The notes under the pieces are model-generated. The model was not told the DNA's origin. It worked only from the letters and a program-made list of their open reading frames with translations, and did no database searches. Shown piece by piece: positions 35,387 through 46,651 of a stretch of 64,000 nucleotides of DNA; within the stretch, counting starts at the first letter, position 1; the number at the start of each line of letters is the position of its first letter. Location: contig JAVECO010000029.1 of the NCBI GenBank assembly GCA_051942205.1, forward strand, positions 62,001-126,000. The letters are read 5' to 3'. The translations under genes and the position numbers were made by a program. Source of the stretch: Coniocarpon cinnabarinum. Its lineage: Eukaryota.

Positions 35387-36314
35387 ACCTAGTGTTCAAC
35401 AGTGTTGCCTTTCACGACGTCTTTAGAGAGGCTCCGTCACGCAAAGAGTGTTTTAACGCACTCATCTAGGAATATGAAATCAAATCGATGAAGAGCTATA
35501 GCACTAGTACCTTGACTCCACAGCCCGCACTTTGGCTAGGACCAGCAATACGTTACATTAAAACGTGTGCTGGCGCTTAGAGAGAATGTTGCTGCTCGTT
35601 TATAGCCCAGTGTTGTGAGGTCAGCACATGTCAACTCAAACTCGTGGTGGTGGTCATGATGCCGAGGGCATGCTTCCGAGCACCTTTCCTATCACCTCTC
35701 CTATCACGTGGCGGAAAGGCAGAGAAGACTCCTACCGCGATGCCTGAGGAGACATGAAACAACCTTTTGTAGATGTAATGATCTGTTCACAGCCGCAGCT
35801 GGCAAAGTCAGCGCTGACCAAGGGCCAAGAAGGAATAAGCCTTGTGATGGAGATGCTGTTACGCTTATTGGTTTGAATGAGGCCGTTCACTTTGCAGTGC
35901 GCGGGATGGGCCTGCCCGTGCCGCTACGCAATTTGCCTACTTGCCTGATCTAGTCATTCGATCCTTAGTGTAAGCTTTCGTTGTTTCCTTTGCCTGACCG
36001 ACATCGCTCCTATGGGGCGAGGCACAAGCTACGCCGCCTTTGCCTGCAAGGTACCGCAAATGATTGCTGTCCTGATCGCTAGGTGTCCTGCAATCTTGCT
36101 TCTGATTGGCCATTTCGGTTCTGCGGCGTTTTAATTGGTAGCAAAGTTGTTTCACATGCCGATTATATGTTGATGATGAACTGTCATTTGATCCGCAATG
36201 CTATTTGCCGAACCATTTAAAAAGCTCTTGCTCCACGTTCAGTTCTTTCGTACTTGTCTGTATCCTCCAGAACTCTACTCTTACGTCCACTTACAAAAGG
36301 CATTCCGCTACACC

Positions 36315-38344
36315 ATGGCACCGCCTCCGCCAGGAGGAGGCCCCTCGAGCCAGGCCAGCAGCAGCCTAAAAAAGGCTGGTCAAGTAAGCACAGAGCCCCG
36401 TTCACACCTGAAATGACCTCGCCATGTTCATCACTGTCGACTTCTCCGCTACTCTGCCCCATTATTGGTGTAGGGAGTCTAGATTTTTGTTAACCCTGTA
36501 ACGAGCAGATTTTGACACATCCGCTTAATCCAGCGAAGCAGTTCTCCACAGGTCAGCAGCTAATGTGGGAGATCAAGATGTCGGAGATTATAAGAATGAA
36601 TGGCCCGAAGCTGCCCAAGAAGAAGGCGCGCACTGACATTATCAAGCCAAGGTGAGAACTCCCACAAGGGCCTCGTAGGAAAGTACTTGCCGCACTTTAA
36701 CTTAGCGTCTTCTGCAACGTAAAGGCCTCTCGCTGTCGTACTCATAGCTTTATGACCCGAATTTCTTGTATTGTACAGGCTCGGCGCCCAGACTGAAATC
36801 CGGCAACGACTTTTGTCCATGACCTTGCCACGATCTAACAATTTGTTTCTACGTAACGCTAGTCCAACACCACTAACTCTGTTCTTGAAGTCAGTCAGTC
36901 AAAGACACAGCACTTCCCTTAGCTCTCAAGTTTCATCAGACTCGTCAACTCACATGGCCGAGCGGTTTCAACTTGGAGAACTTTCTAGAACACACACGTC
37001 CTGAATGGGAAGATAGTGCCGGCGGCAAAATGAAGGCCAGTCCTACGGAAATGTCAACCGAGCAGGATGTGTAAGTCACAATATCCTTCACCAGTTCAAA
37101 TTTGCTAATGTAAGCGCGCAAGTATTACTCAAACGGTTGGCACTTGGGGCGGAGCAATAGAGAATTTTCTGCCCGAAGTTCTGAAGTATCTGCAGATTCC
37201 CGGTAAGTTTGCCTTGCACCCCTGAATGCCTGAGGAATCGTCTTCACATCGCGCGGCTTTCAATGCTGCCCTCCAGATTTATCAGCCACTGGCTACTACA
37301 GCAATCAACCATAGCTGCAAAGCTTGCGTTCCGAGCCGAGTCGTTAGGTCAAAATGGCCTTTTGGGATGTTGCAAAGAGCTTCGAAATCTAATCAAGGTC
37401 TAAATTGGGGTCGCTGACGCTAACAAAAAACCTTTTGATAGGGAAAGTAGCATTCCCAGGTCAGCTTACAGTTTCGGACAAACAGGGTAATCCCACGAAG
37501 TTGAGCGCTCTGTTTGGGGCCTCACGCCCTGATTTTGTGGTGACGTACAACGGCTATCCAGTCGCTGCTCTGGATTACAAGGGTCCGAACTGTATCAACT
37601 TCTCCCACGAACTCGAGTTGTGTGGTGCATCTTCAGAGGAAGAAGCCAAGCAAGCGATCAGCGACATGCCTATGAAAGTCTCTGAGGAGGAGCGAAAGAG
37701 CTTGATGAGACACAAAAAAGTATCCCAGACCGGTCGCTATCTGATCCAATCAATGGCGCGATACGCGAGTGAGTTCCTCTTTATCTGGATGCGACTTGAT
37801 GAATACCAGTAGACCGGCTGCTGATGGCTGCTGGCAGAGGTTTTGCAGATAACTCATGTTGCTGAGTATGATTACGACAACCTTCTGATGCTAGTAAGTT
37901 GCTAACGGTCCTTATCGACCCCGGTTGTGTTGCGTGGAGGAAACTTGGTCAGAAATGGACGCACTTGTGCAACATTCACGTACTGCCCTTGCATTCGTGT
38001 CATCAGCTGACTGTCATCTGAATAAAGAAAGTGGACCCTAATAGTGTGGACAAAGATGGCGACTATTTTCCAGACGCATACATCTGCGAGGAGAAGGACA
38101 AGTCCACCAAGGGTAATTTTGTGTGGTCGGAGGACAGTCACGTTAATGGTATGTCAGCATCATCGTTACTGTCACTTTAAAATTCACACACTTTTTAGTA
38201 ACGTTGCGGTTTCTGCTCGATGCAATCGAAGCTCATCGAAGGAAGCATGGTGAAAATGTGCTGGAGGGAGGGCCCGAGTCGAAGCTACACCAAGCAACTG
38301 AAGGGCTGGAGAAGAGTTTCCAGAAGAAGTTGGGGATCAAGTAG
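36315..38344 (+). CDS. Multi-exon hypothetical protein with a PD-(D/E)XK restriction-endonuclease-like motif
   Basis: Manual exon joining: ..MSTEQDV|ITQTVGTWGG..QIPG|KVAFPG..SRPDFVVTYNGYPVAALDYKGP..LIQSMARYA|..ITHVAEYDYDNLLML|KVDP..|..KKLGIK*. 5' exons and some phases are uncertain. Confidence 0.55.
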
Positions 38345-38523
38345 TCCAACAGCAAGCGTCCAGAGCGAGTTCCGAGGCTTGATGGCACAATTCATGATCC
38401 GCTTGAATGGCATATATGAGGATCAGTATTGACGCCTATGCCATCTTCATGCTGTTGCAACGACTTATGTGACTAAGCGCTAGCACTAGAAGCTGATACT
38501 TCATTCAGTATTGCTTGGGTACT

Positions 38524-39741
38524 TCAAACGTTGGCAACCTCCAATTCTGCTTGCTCGGATTGTATCGGGGAAATGTACTGATTCGGAATTTTAAGAGACG
38601 TTTGAAAATGGTCAGATGCGCTACCGAAGTACCTGTTGTGTAACCAATCGTTCCATTCACAGTCCCAGTCTCGTGCCCACCCAGAGGTTTCAAAATCTTC
38701 TGCCGGGTGTACATGGCAATCTTTGTACCATTTCCTATACATAAGCGTTCGAAAATCGAGTTTCTTATACTTCTCAAGGTCGCCTTGCGGTTCGAGTTTA
38801 CCAACCTTAGACCTGCCAAAGTCGATCAAGCGTATATCAGCGTGCTTACCTTCCGAGTCGACAGACGCCAGCATGACGTTTCTGGGATAGAATTCGGAGT
38901 GGATGACATCGAGCCGATTAACGAGGTAGATTTGATCAATGAGTGATCCAATAATGGCTTGGCGCTGTCGTATACTGTAACCGGCGGGATCCAGTTTCCC
39001 AAGGGTTTTGCCAGGAATCAGTTCCATGAGCACCAATCGGACTGGGCGGATCAAGTTACTTCTAGGGACCACGACATGTGCGGTGTATGAACCGTAATAA
39101 AAAGGCACAGTCGTGCCCCAAATAGGTTTCATATGCTCGTATGCCTGTACTTCATGTGCATAATTGCAGTCAAGCAGCAAGAAAGGGTCCATGCGCATTG
39201 CCATAACTTCATCGAAAGAGCCGTAGAGTGGATCATAAAACTTTGCCACAAGCTCGGTCCCGAAAGGTGGTGAATGTTGTCTGCTGATATTTTCAGAAGC
39301 AAAGACTTTGACTTTGACGGTTTGCGCAAGTGTGCCCTCATCGAAGTTGATGAATCCTGTGATCTTCAGTTTCAGGTTGCCTTGACCCAACTCCCCTGCG
39401 GGAGGCATGCATCTGACCATATAATCAGGCACACGTCGCTTCTCGCAAGCCTCTTGAAACGCCGCTGATCGACGGGGATATGTTATGTCAGGGGGAGCTT
39501 CAGGCTTGTGCGGTGTACAGTTGAAGACCTTGCCACTAGTGTATGGACAAGGAGGGAAATCAGATCTCGGTCTGCCGCGGTAAACACTTGCAAGACGACG
39601 TTGATTCCGATGCAACGGAAAAGCCGTCCATATATTGAAGCTTCGCGGTGGTATGGATCCGATTTTCAGCATATTCATCAACCATGAAACGCAAGCTGCA
39701 GTCGTGCGATTGGTGTGATTGTTGTCAACCAGCTTCGGCAT
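38524..39741 (-). CDS. Fungal lineage-specific protein-kinase-like protein
   Basis: VAKFYDPLY, HEVQAY, VPFYYGSY, VRLVLMELIPG, VIHSEFYPRNVML, LIDFG; true start uncertain. Confidence 0.8.
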   Translation of the reverse strand: MPKLVDNNHTNRTTAACVSWLMNMLKIGSIPPRSFNIWTAFPLHRNQRRLASVYRGRPRSDFPPCPYTSGKVFNCTPHKPEAPPDITYPRRSAAFQEACEKRRVPDYMVRCMPPAGELGQGNLKLKITGFINFDEGTLAQTVKVKVFASENISRQHSPPFGTELVAKFYDPLYGSFDEVMAMRMDPFLLLDCNYAHEVQAYEHMKPIWGTTVPFYYGSYTAHVVVPRSNLIRPVRLVLMELIPGKTLGKLDPAGYSIRQRQAIIGSLIDQIYLVNRLDVIHSEFYPRNVMLASVDSEGKHADIRLIDFGRSKVGKLEPQGDLEKYKKLDFRTLMYRKWYKDCHVHPAEDFETSGWARDWDCEWNDWLHNRYFGSASDHFQTSLKIPNQYISPIQSEQAELEVANV

Positions 39742-41074
39742 CAACTATTTCTCTGGCACAAGTTTAGGTGGTTGAAGGATGATAAGGCAGATTGCTGTGC
39801 CTCGTTTGAAAGCAGTATTGCGATCATAATTTAAGGTGGACACCAGACTCCGGTTGTCATGAGCATGAACTTCGGCGTGAACGCTTTCTCTAGTGGACAT
39901 TTGTGACTAGCTCATTCTGGATGCGGTGGAAAAAAGAGGTAATCAGGTGCAGCTTGATTGATAATTATACACAAGGTGTCAATGCAGCTGAAGGTCACGT
40001 GGAATGATGTGTCAGGTAGATAGCGTAGCATGCTGATTGGTCATTTTTGCAAGTATGAGAGTGCCTCGATCATTTTAGCTGTCTCTCCATCATGAGTTGA
40101 CCGGGCTGGAGGCTATCAATTTAGGTAGTAGAGTTGATCGCCTCGTCTCTTTTCTGTCGATGATGTTCTTGAATCACAAATACTTAGATGCCATTAACAT
40201 ATCGTATGGTCAAACCTTGGTCTGATTGTGAACAAGCAAGTCCATTGCTCGCCTAGTGGATCACACCGTCTGCACTGCCACCTCATATAATTAACGAAGG
40301 TGTCCTACACGCAAAGCTTGGAATCGAAGTGAAGCGCACATTTCCTGAGGTCCGTAGGTGAACGCAGGCAACGGGTCCACGTCTCACCGACAACCATTGC
40401 GTGGCGCAGCAGGTTTTACCGCGCATTGGCTCCGCTCATTTCGATACCGTGTGCTTTCGTGCCTTCTGGGGCCGCAATGCGCACGGATGTAGGTGGCCAA
40501 TGATGTTTGTTAGAAGTCTGGCGCATGTTTGTCCGTAGCAAAGGGTCTGTAGGGTCTCAAAAGCCCGAGGCAGATCGCATGACCGTTTTGAATAAGGCTA
40601 GGTTTCGTGCTGACCACACAACTGATACCATAAAGTCGTGACCCTTGAACCACAGCCCGCCCTTGAGTCTGTCTTTCCATTACCTCTTCCTTCTAGCTCG
40701 CCGTCATGCTGACTCATCTCAAGTGGAAAAGCAAAGAACAAGAAGGCAAATAGACTTTTTTCCAGAAACCTTCTAGCTTGGGTCAGAATCTGTCGCCTGA
40801 TCTGTCGCTGCGTGCGTCATAAGCACGCGGTCATAAGACCCACGCCGAGACTCGTTGCATCTGACTCTGTTCAGATTTCTCTTGGCCCTCACCGGCAACC
40901 AGTGCCTCGTACGCCGTTCTTTCCGGACTATTGCGTGACACTTGATACTTCACTTTCATCCGGTGGCGTCGTCAGTATATACCTATCCTCTTCCCCACCT
41001 GCCACAGCCTCATCCTCAATCTCAAAGCTCCGGTCACACCAGTAGACTTCTAACTTCGACATCAAACGATTCAC

Positions 41075-42181
41075 ATGGCAGCACAAGAATACTACTCGGG
41101 CGCGCCTATTCCAGGCCCCAGCGCTGCTGGCCCACCGCGACCACCATATCCGCCATCACCACCTCAGACAGCGCAAGCATGGGCCAGTCCAACCGGCTCC
41201 GCGCCGCCGCCGTATGAAGCAGTCCAAAACCAGCATCCGCTTCATCTCGACGGTGACAATCATGCTGGCCTCAGCACCCCGCAACCTCCTCCGCCACCTC
41301 AATCAGCCACGCCGCATCCTCCGCCTCCAGTGACACAGCATGCGCAGACCCCGCAGCCTCAGCCGACTCAACCGACTTCCTCCCCGGCCCCTCATCGAGT
41401 GTCCTTCGCGGAGGATAAGCGTCCCCATTCGCAACCGCCACCTCAAACACAGTCGCCATCGCGTCAAGCCTTCTACAGGCCGCCATCACCGCACTACAAT
41501 GGCTACCCGACGCCGCCTCAGACTGGTTATCAGCCGCATCAGCCACAACAGTCTCCCTTTCCACAACAGCAATATCCATTCCCACCCCATCAGCAGTCAC
41601 CGTATCCTCCACAGCAGCACCAGTCGCCCTTCCCAGGACCATCATACCCACCACCACCACCGCAAAACCAACAGGCTTACTTCCCGCCGCCACCTCAACA
41701 AGGTCGCCCGCAGTCCAATTCAAACCCACCGCAGCCACAGTTTCTCCACCCTCAGCACACCCCTTCGTACCCTTACGCGTCTGGCATGAATCCCTCTACG
41801 CCCCAACTACAACCACACCGTCACTCCAAGTCGCACTCTCCGCGTCCGCATTCTCGCGACCGATCCTCTTCGCGCTCCCGTTCCCGGTCTCGCAACGGGG
41901 AGAGACGCCATCACCGACATCATAAACATCACAGCGGTGACGGGACATCTCGTGGCGTCAAGGGTGATAAAGGCACCGTGGACTCCTTCCTGGGTGCAGG
42001 CCTTGGCGGGATAATTGGAGATGCGATTTTCCCTGGTCTGGGGACTGTGGGAGGCGCGTTGCTAGGTGGGTACGGAGGACACAAATATGGAGAAGGAAAG
42101 GATGCGAAAAGGGACCTGCGGGCTGCGAGACGGTACAGCGAGAGTCATCAGAGAGGACGGAGGAATGATGGCGATTATTGA
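41075..42181 (+). CDS. Pro/Gln-rich low-complexity protein with C-terminal glycine zipper
   Basis: 368-aa ORF; PPPY motif, PQ-rich core, RS/His tract, GAGLGGIIGDAIFPGLGTVGGALLGGYGG. Confidence 0.8.
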   Translation: MAAQEYYSGAPIPGPSAAGPPRPPYPPSPPQTAQAWASPTGSAPPPYEAVQNQHPLHLDGDNHAGLSTPQPPPPPQSATPHPPPPVTQHAQTPQPQPTQPTSSPAPHRVSFAEDKRPHSQPPPQTQSPSRQAFYRPPSPHYNGYPTPPQTGYQPHQPQQSPFPQQQYPFPPHQQSPYPPQQHQSPFPGPSYPPPPPQNQQAYFPPPPQQGRPQSNSNPPQPQFLHPQHTPSYPYASGMNPSTPQLQPHRHSKSHSPRPHSRDRSSSRSRSRSRNGERRHHRHHKHHSGDGTSRGVKGDKGTVDSFLGAGLGGIIGDAIFPGLGTVGGALLGGYGGHKYGEGKDAKRDLRAARRYSESHQRGRRNDGDY

Positions 42182-42418
42182 TCGTGCCTTTCGTGGTTGA
42201 AGACCTATGAGCGATTTGAAGATCAAGATCACGAGCCATGAAGGGTTAAATACGTGACGAGATATGACACATGACTGATTGAATGATTGACTTATTTACA
42301 CTATGATGCAACCGATGTGTACAGCGGTATTCTATTGTTCACACAAAATCAATGTCTAGTGATTCTTAATGTCGCGCCCCGATGCTTGTTCGCCTGTTCT
42401 GACCTTGAGGGGCCATGG

Positions 42419-43802
42419 CTAGGCATTCTCTCCCTCCGCCATTTTTCTCAAAGCCTCAAGGAAAACCTCCACTGCAGCCCCTCCATTTACAACCTCGCCC
42501 GTCCCGGGCACTATTCCCTTCCCTTCCAGCTTCACACCCAATGCCTCACTCACACTCGTCAGGCCTCCGTCTCGTATTGCACTTGTGATACTGCCCAGCG
42601 CCTGTGTGAACTGCGGACTTCGCAGCACCTTCTCAAGCGTACGCCGCTTTTCAGCTTCAGAAAGAGAGGCAATTGCGGCGTCAGCATTTGTTGGGGTATT
42701 ACTGGAAGGAGAGAGTGTGAGAATTTCGGGTGGAAGAAAGTCTTTGAGAAGGCGGTCGACGGTAGAAATAGGAGCGGTGGAGAAAGCTGATATTGTGGTG
42801 GAGGGAGGAAGCAGGTCGGCGAGGGTCGTGGATATGTGTTGCGCTTGAGGATGATGTTGCTGTGACCCGGGACCGGCATTGATTGAAGCAAGGAGAGATG
42901 CGAGGTTTGGTTGGCCTTGCGGCTGGTTTGAGAGATTTCTACGAGGCCGTCAGTAATGTGCATCCGCACCTCATCGTATTCAAGTAATTCTATTCGCTTG
43001 ATCATGACTCATAACATCATACGTCTCTAGTCATAATTGTTGCCACTGAAGCGACGCCACGCTCCCAGACATTGTGTACGAAAAATGCAGAACCCCAAAG
43101 AAAACTCACAACACTCACGCTCTGCCGCCGTCCGCGCCACCTTCTCTGCTGCCCTCCCCTTCTTCTCTCACATCACCGCCCGTCGCGTCAGGGCCCGCAC
43201 CACCAGTCTCCTCTTGCATGTCATCCATCGCCATGTCCTCATCGGTGCCGCCGCTCCCACCACTACCATCTCTTCCCATGGCTCGCACCTCATTTACCTC
43301 GGCGCCAACTTCCTCACCCTGCAATAAATTGTCCACGATGCTCACAAGCTTCAGATCTCGGTCACTGAATACATTCCTGTTGTCTGTGCCTGCTGGCTGC
43401 TCACGGCTTTGCAGCCAGAAGAAATATCTTGCTTCTGAAGATGCAAACTTGAGCACACAGACACGGCCAGTGGTCGGTGAGGCAATTGCTGAGTGACCGG
43501 GTTTGCTGAGATATTTGAACGTGCCGTCGGTCGGAACCATCACAAGGTCGAGATTGCCAGGGTCGGAGAGCGAAGCGGCGCGCGAGCGCCAGCAGAAGTG
43601 GATGAGATCATCATCGGCGCCTGTATAGAGGTAGATGAAACCGGGCTCGCGGACCGGTAGAACTTTCTTGGTCGAGGGCTGAGCACTGTCAATGGCTGTT
43701 CTCGAATGGTTGCAGGACGTCAGTGGACAAAGAAAGCTCTGTCGAACCTACGTCGAATTCACATTTGCCAGCTTTAAAGGTAATATGCGGGGATATTGAC
43801 AT
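42419..43802 (-). CDS. RPN13: Proteasome ubiquitin receptor Rpn13/ADRM1; 3 exons
   Basis: MSISPHITFKAGKC|..PGFIYLY..LIHFCWRSR..TGRVCVLKF..RYFFWLQ (Pru domain); C-terminal LRSPQFTQALGS; intron 42939-43118. Confidence 0.9.
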
Positions 43803-43897
43803 GATCGTATTCTGTTTCTGGACAGGAGGTTGACGTGTGAGGTCTATGTTTCGTCAGTGCAAAGCAGGTCAGAGGAAACTTTGACGCAAGAGCCCAA

Positions 43898-43972
43898 TTA
43901 AGGGTTAGGGTCTGTACGGCTCATGGCGGAGGCGCTTACCTTCGACTGTCGTGGCACTGCAAGTGTAGGGCT
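43898..43972. promoter_or_regulatory. Telobox/Homol-E-like motifs in the RPN13/RPL6 divergent promoter
   Basis: TTAAGGGTTAGGG at 43898-43910 and GTAGGGCT at 43965-43972. Confidence 0.4.
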
Positions 43973-44091
43973 GCTTAGTCAGTAGCCGCACCACGCACTG
44001 AGATAAGACGCATCCACACTGCTCCAAGTTGTACCTGCCTTTGCGCCCAAATCAACCTCACCACCCAGCTCAAGTCCAGTCAAACCGCACG

Positions 44092-44912
44092 ATGTCGGCC
44101 GCTGAGGGTAGCGCTGCTCCTCCCGTTACAAAGAAATTCGGCAAGGGCGAGCGCACACTTCCAGCACCAGGCCAGCGGGTGTCGAAGTACTACCCCGCTG
44201 AGGATGTTCTGGAACCCAAGAAGGTACGCGTTGGATGCCTCGAAGAAAGACGGAGCAAGCAGCAGACAATCTAGCAAAGCCGTCTACGAGCAGAGCCTTC
44301 CTTGCTAGCATCTTACCAAGCTCAGTGAACATGTGCACTAACCAGCTATCCACACAGGTCCGCAAGACACAACGACCAACAAAATACCGACAGTCTCTCC
44401 AACCTGGCACGATTATCATCCTCCTCGCTGGCCGCTTCCGTGGCAAGCGCGTCGTACTCCTCAAGCAACTTGATCAGGGTGTTCTCCTCATCACTGGTCC
44501 TTTCAAAGCCAATGGCGTTCCATTAAGGCGGGTCAACTCAAGATACGTGATCGCAACTAGTAAAAAGGTGGACCTCAGCGGCATAGACCAGAAGATCGTG
44601 GAGAAGGCGTCACAACCAGATTACTTTGGGGAGAAGACAAGACGGGCCGAGGACAAGAAGAGTGAAGAGGCCTTCTTCAAGCAAGGCGAGAAGCCGGAGG
44701 TAAGCTTCGAGATCATGAAATGATAGGTGGAGAACACCGCGATGCTAACGAGCTCACAGAAGAAGCAAGTGACCAGCGCACGCGCGGAGGACCAGAAAGC
44801 TGTGGACAAGGCGTTGTTGGCGACGATAAAGAAGGAGCAGTTCCTCTTGAGCTACCTTCACACATCTTTCACGCTACGGAATGGGGACAAGCCGCATGAG
44901 ATGGTGTTTTGA
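44092..44912 (+). CDS. RPL6: 60S ribosomal protein L6 (eL6); 3 exons
   Basis: [50 protein letters not shown]..|..[14 protein letters not shown]. Confidence 0.97.
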
Positions 44913-45241
44913 ATGCATGGTAGAGCCGACACCCATGATTAGCTCTGATTAGTCAAGGTCTCGATGAGACAGGCTGCTTGTGCGAGAAGGCGTGCGGAAG
45001 GCTAGTGTGAATTACTGCATCCACTCAGCTATGTGGCTCTGATTCGAGCTCCTGCCCTTCAAATTCGAATTGACTGAGATTTGAAACCTTATTGGATTTT
45101 TGTGTTTTGGTGTAGTCTCGCCGTGCCTTCCATTGCTTCGACCGAATGACGTAGCAAGCACCGAGCTCCCTAACAAACCTTTTGCTTCTCGCCGCTTTGA
45201 AGTTTTATGCAACTTCCACCGAGAGGAACCCTTCATACCAA

Positions 45242-46116
45242 ATGGCGTCTGCGGTACGTGTAGATCTCACTCAGCCGAGTCTATACAGTATGCTTCCCGC
45301 TTCTTGGATGTGCCGCGACGAAACTAACAAATTGGATGGGTAGTCTCGGCTGCCTCCATCATTTTCAACCCGACATTCTGGAAGTAGGTTCAGCATGCCT
45401 ACAATGCATACATCATCGCTAACATTGCGCAAAGTATTGCAGCGCAAAGAGGTAAGTCGCGCTGAATTACATCCTCATTTGAAGGACGGTTTCTACCACG
45501 GAGCAGATGGTAGATGACACTAATCACGAGATATAGAATATAAGACCCATTGGATAACTAAACTCGTTGGCAGTCCAAAATATGGATGCTACGCTCTTGC
45601 TCTCACCATCTTCTCCCTCGGAGTGCTTCGTGATTATCTGTACGTCAAGACAGCAGGGCGATCTGCGCTGAAGGAAGCGAATGGAACCCAGTGATACTGA
45701 TCCGTCCACATAGCTACGCAACCGCCATGACGCACCAGCCAAAGTCTCCCACCTTACAGGCCTGGCCATTTACAAACTACGTTGCGTACGGCTGCTTGGC
45801 AGTTGGCAACACGTTGGTGTTGACGTCCATGTGGGCTCTGGGGGTTACAGGGACATACCTGGGCGACTACTTTGGCATCCTGATGGACGAGCCGGTTACT
45901 GGGTTTCCATTCAACGTCAGCGGTGCACCGATGTACGTCGGTAGCACTTTCAGCTTTGTTGGTTCAGCATTGCTGTACAGGTGCCCCGCTGGATTTGCCT
46001 TGAGCGCATTGGTATGGATCTGCTACTCTGTCGCTCTGAGGTTTGAGGACCCGTTCACAGAAATGATTTACACTAAGCGAGACGAGGAGCGCAAGAGTGG
46101 GAAAAAGTCGAGCTAA
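45242..46116 (+). CDS. OPI3: Phosphatidyl-N-methylethanolamine N-methyltransferase; 5 exons
   Basis: SAASIIFNPTFWN|IAAQR|EYK..YGCYALALTIFSLGVLRD..ALGVTGTYLGDYFGILMD..GFPFNV..PMY..EDPFT. Confidence 0.93.
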
Positions 46117-46651
46117 GCTACATGACAGTGGACTTGAAAGCAACGGGGATCAGGCTGGATTAGATTCAGATTTGATAAGAAACTTTCCACGACCTAATTT
46201 TGGATGGATGGACTCGAGGCAAAGACGTGGCTTCAACAGCCCGCTATAGATCCTGTCTCCCACATCAGCCACCGGCGAACAAACACATGGCAACCTCATG
46301 CATGTTTTGCCACTTGGAGACTGAGCTTGCCGGTATTGCACATTGAACACATCTCTCGTGACAGTCACGTGCCCTGCCGAGCGTGAGGATCCCACTACCG
46401 CGGAAAAGCAACGTCCGTGCTTGGATTTGCGTGCAGTGGCTGCAAGCGATGATTGGCAGGTTGGCAGACTACCCAGACGTGCCCTGACAATGACCCAAGC
46501 TCCGGCACAGCTCCACTTGCTCTTGCATGAATCTGATTGTGAAAGTGCTTGCCGCCATGTCCCTTCCTCGTGTGCTTGACTGCTCTTGCAAACACCTCTT
46601 TTGCGGCAAGCCACCCTGCGAGCACCATCGAGCGGCTGACAAGCTTGTAGT

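Noticed and set aside
28900..40900. Starship or transposon as the carrier of the island
   Set aside because: No tyrosine recombinase, transposase, terminal repeats or strong RIP-like AT enrichment seen.
43898..43910. Telomerase RNA template or interstitial telomere
   Set aside because: Only about two units, in a 290-bp promoter; better explained as a promoter motif.
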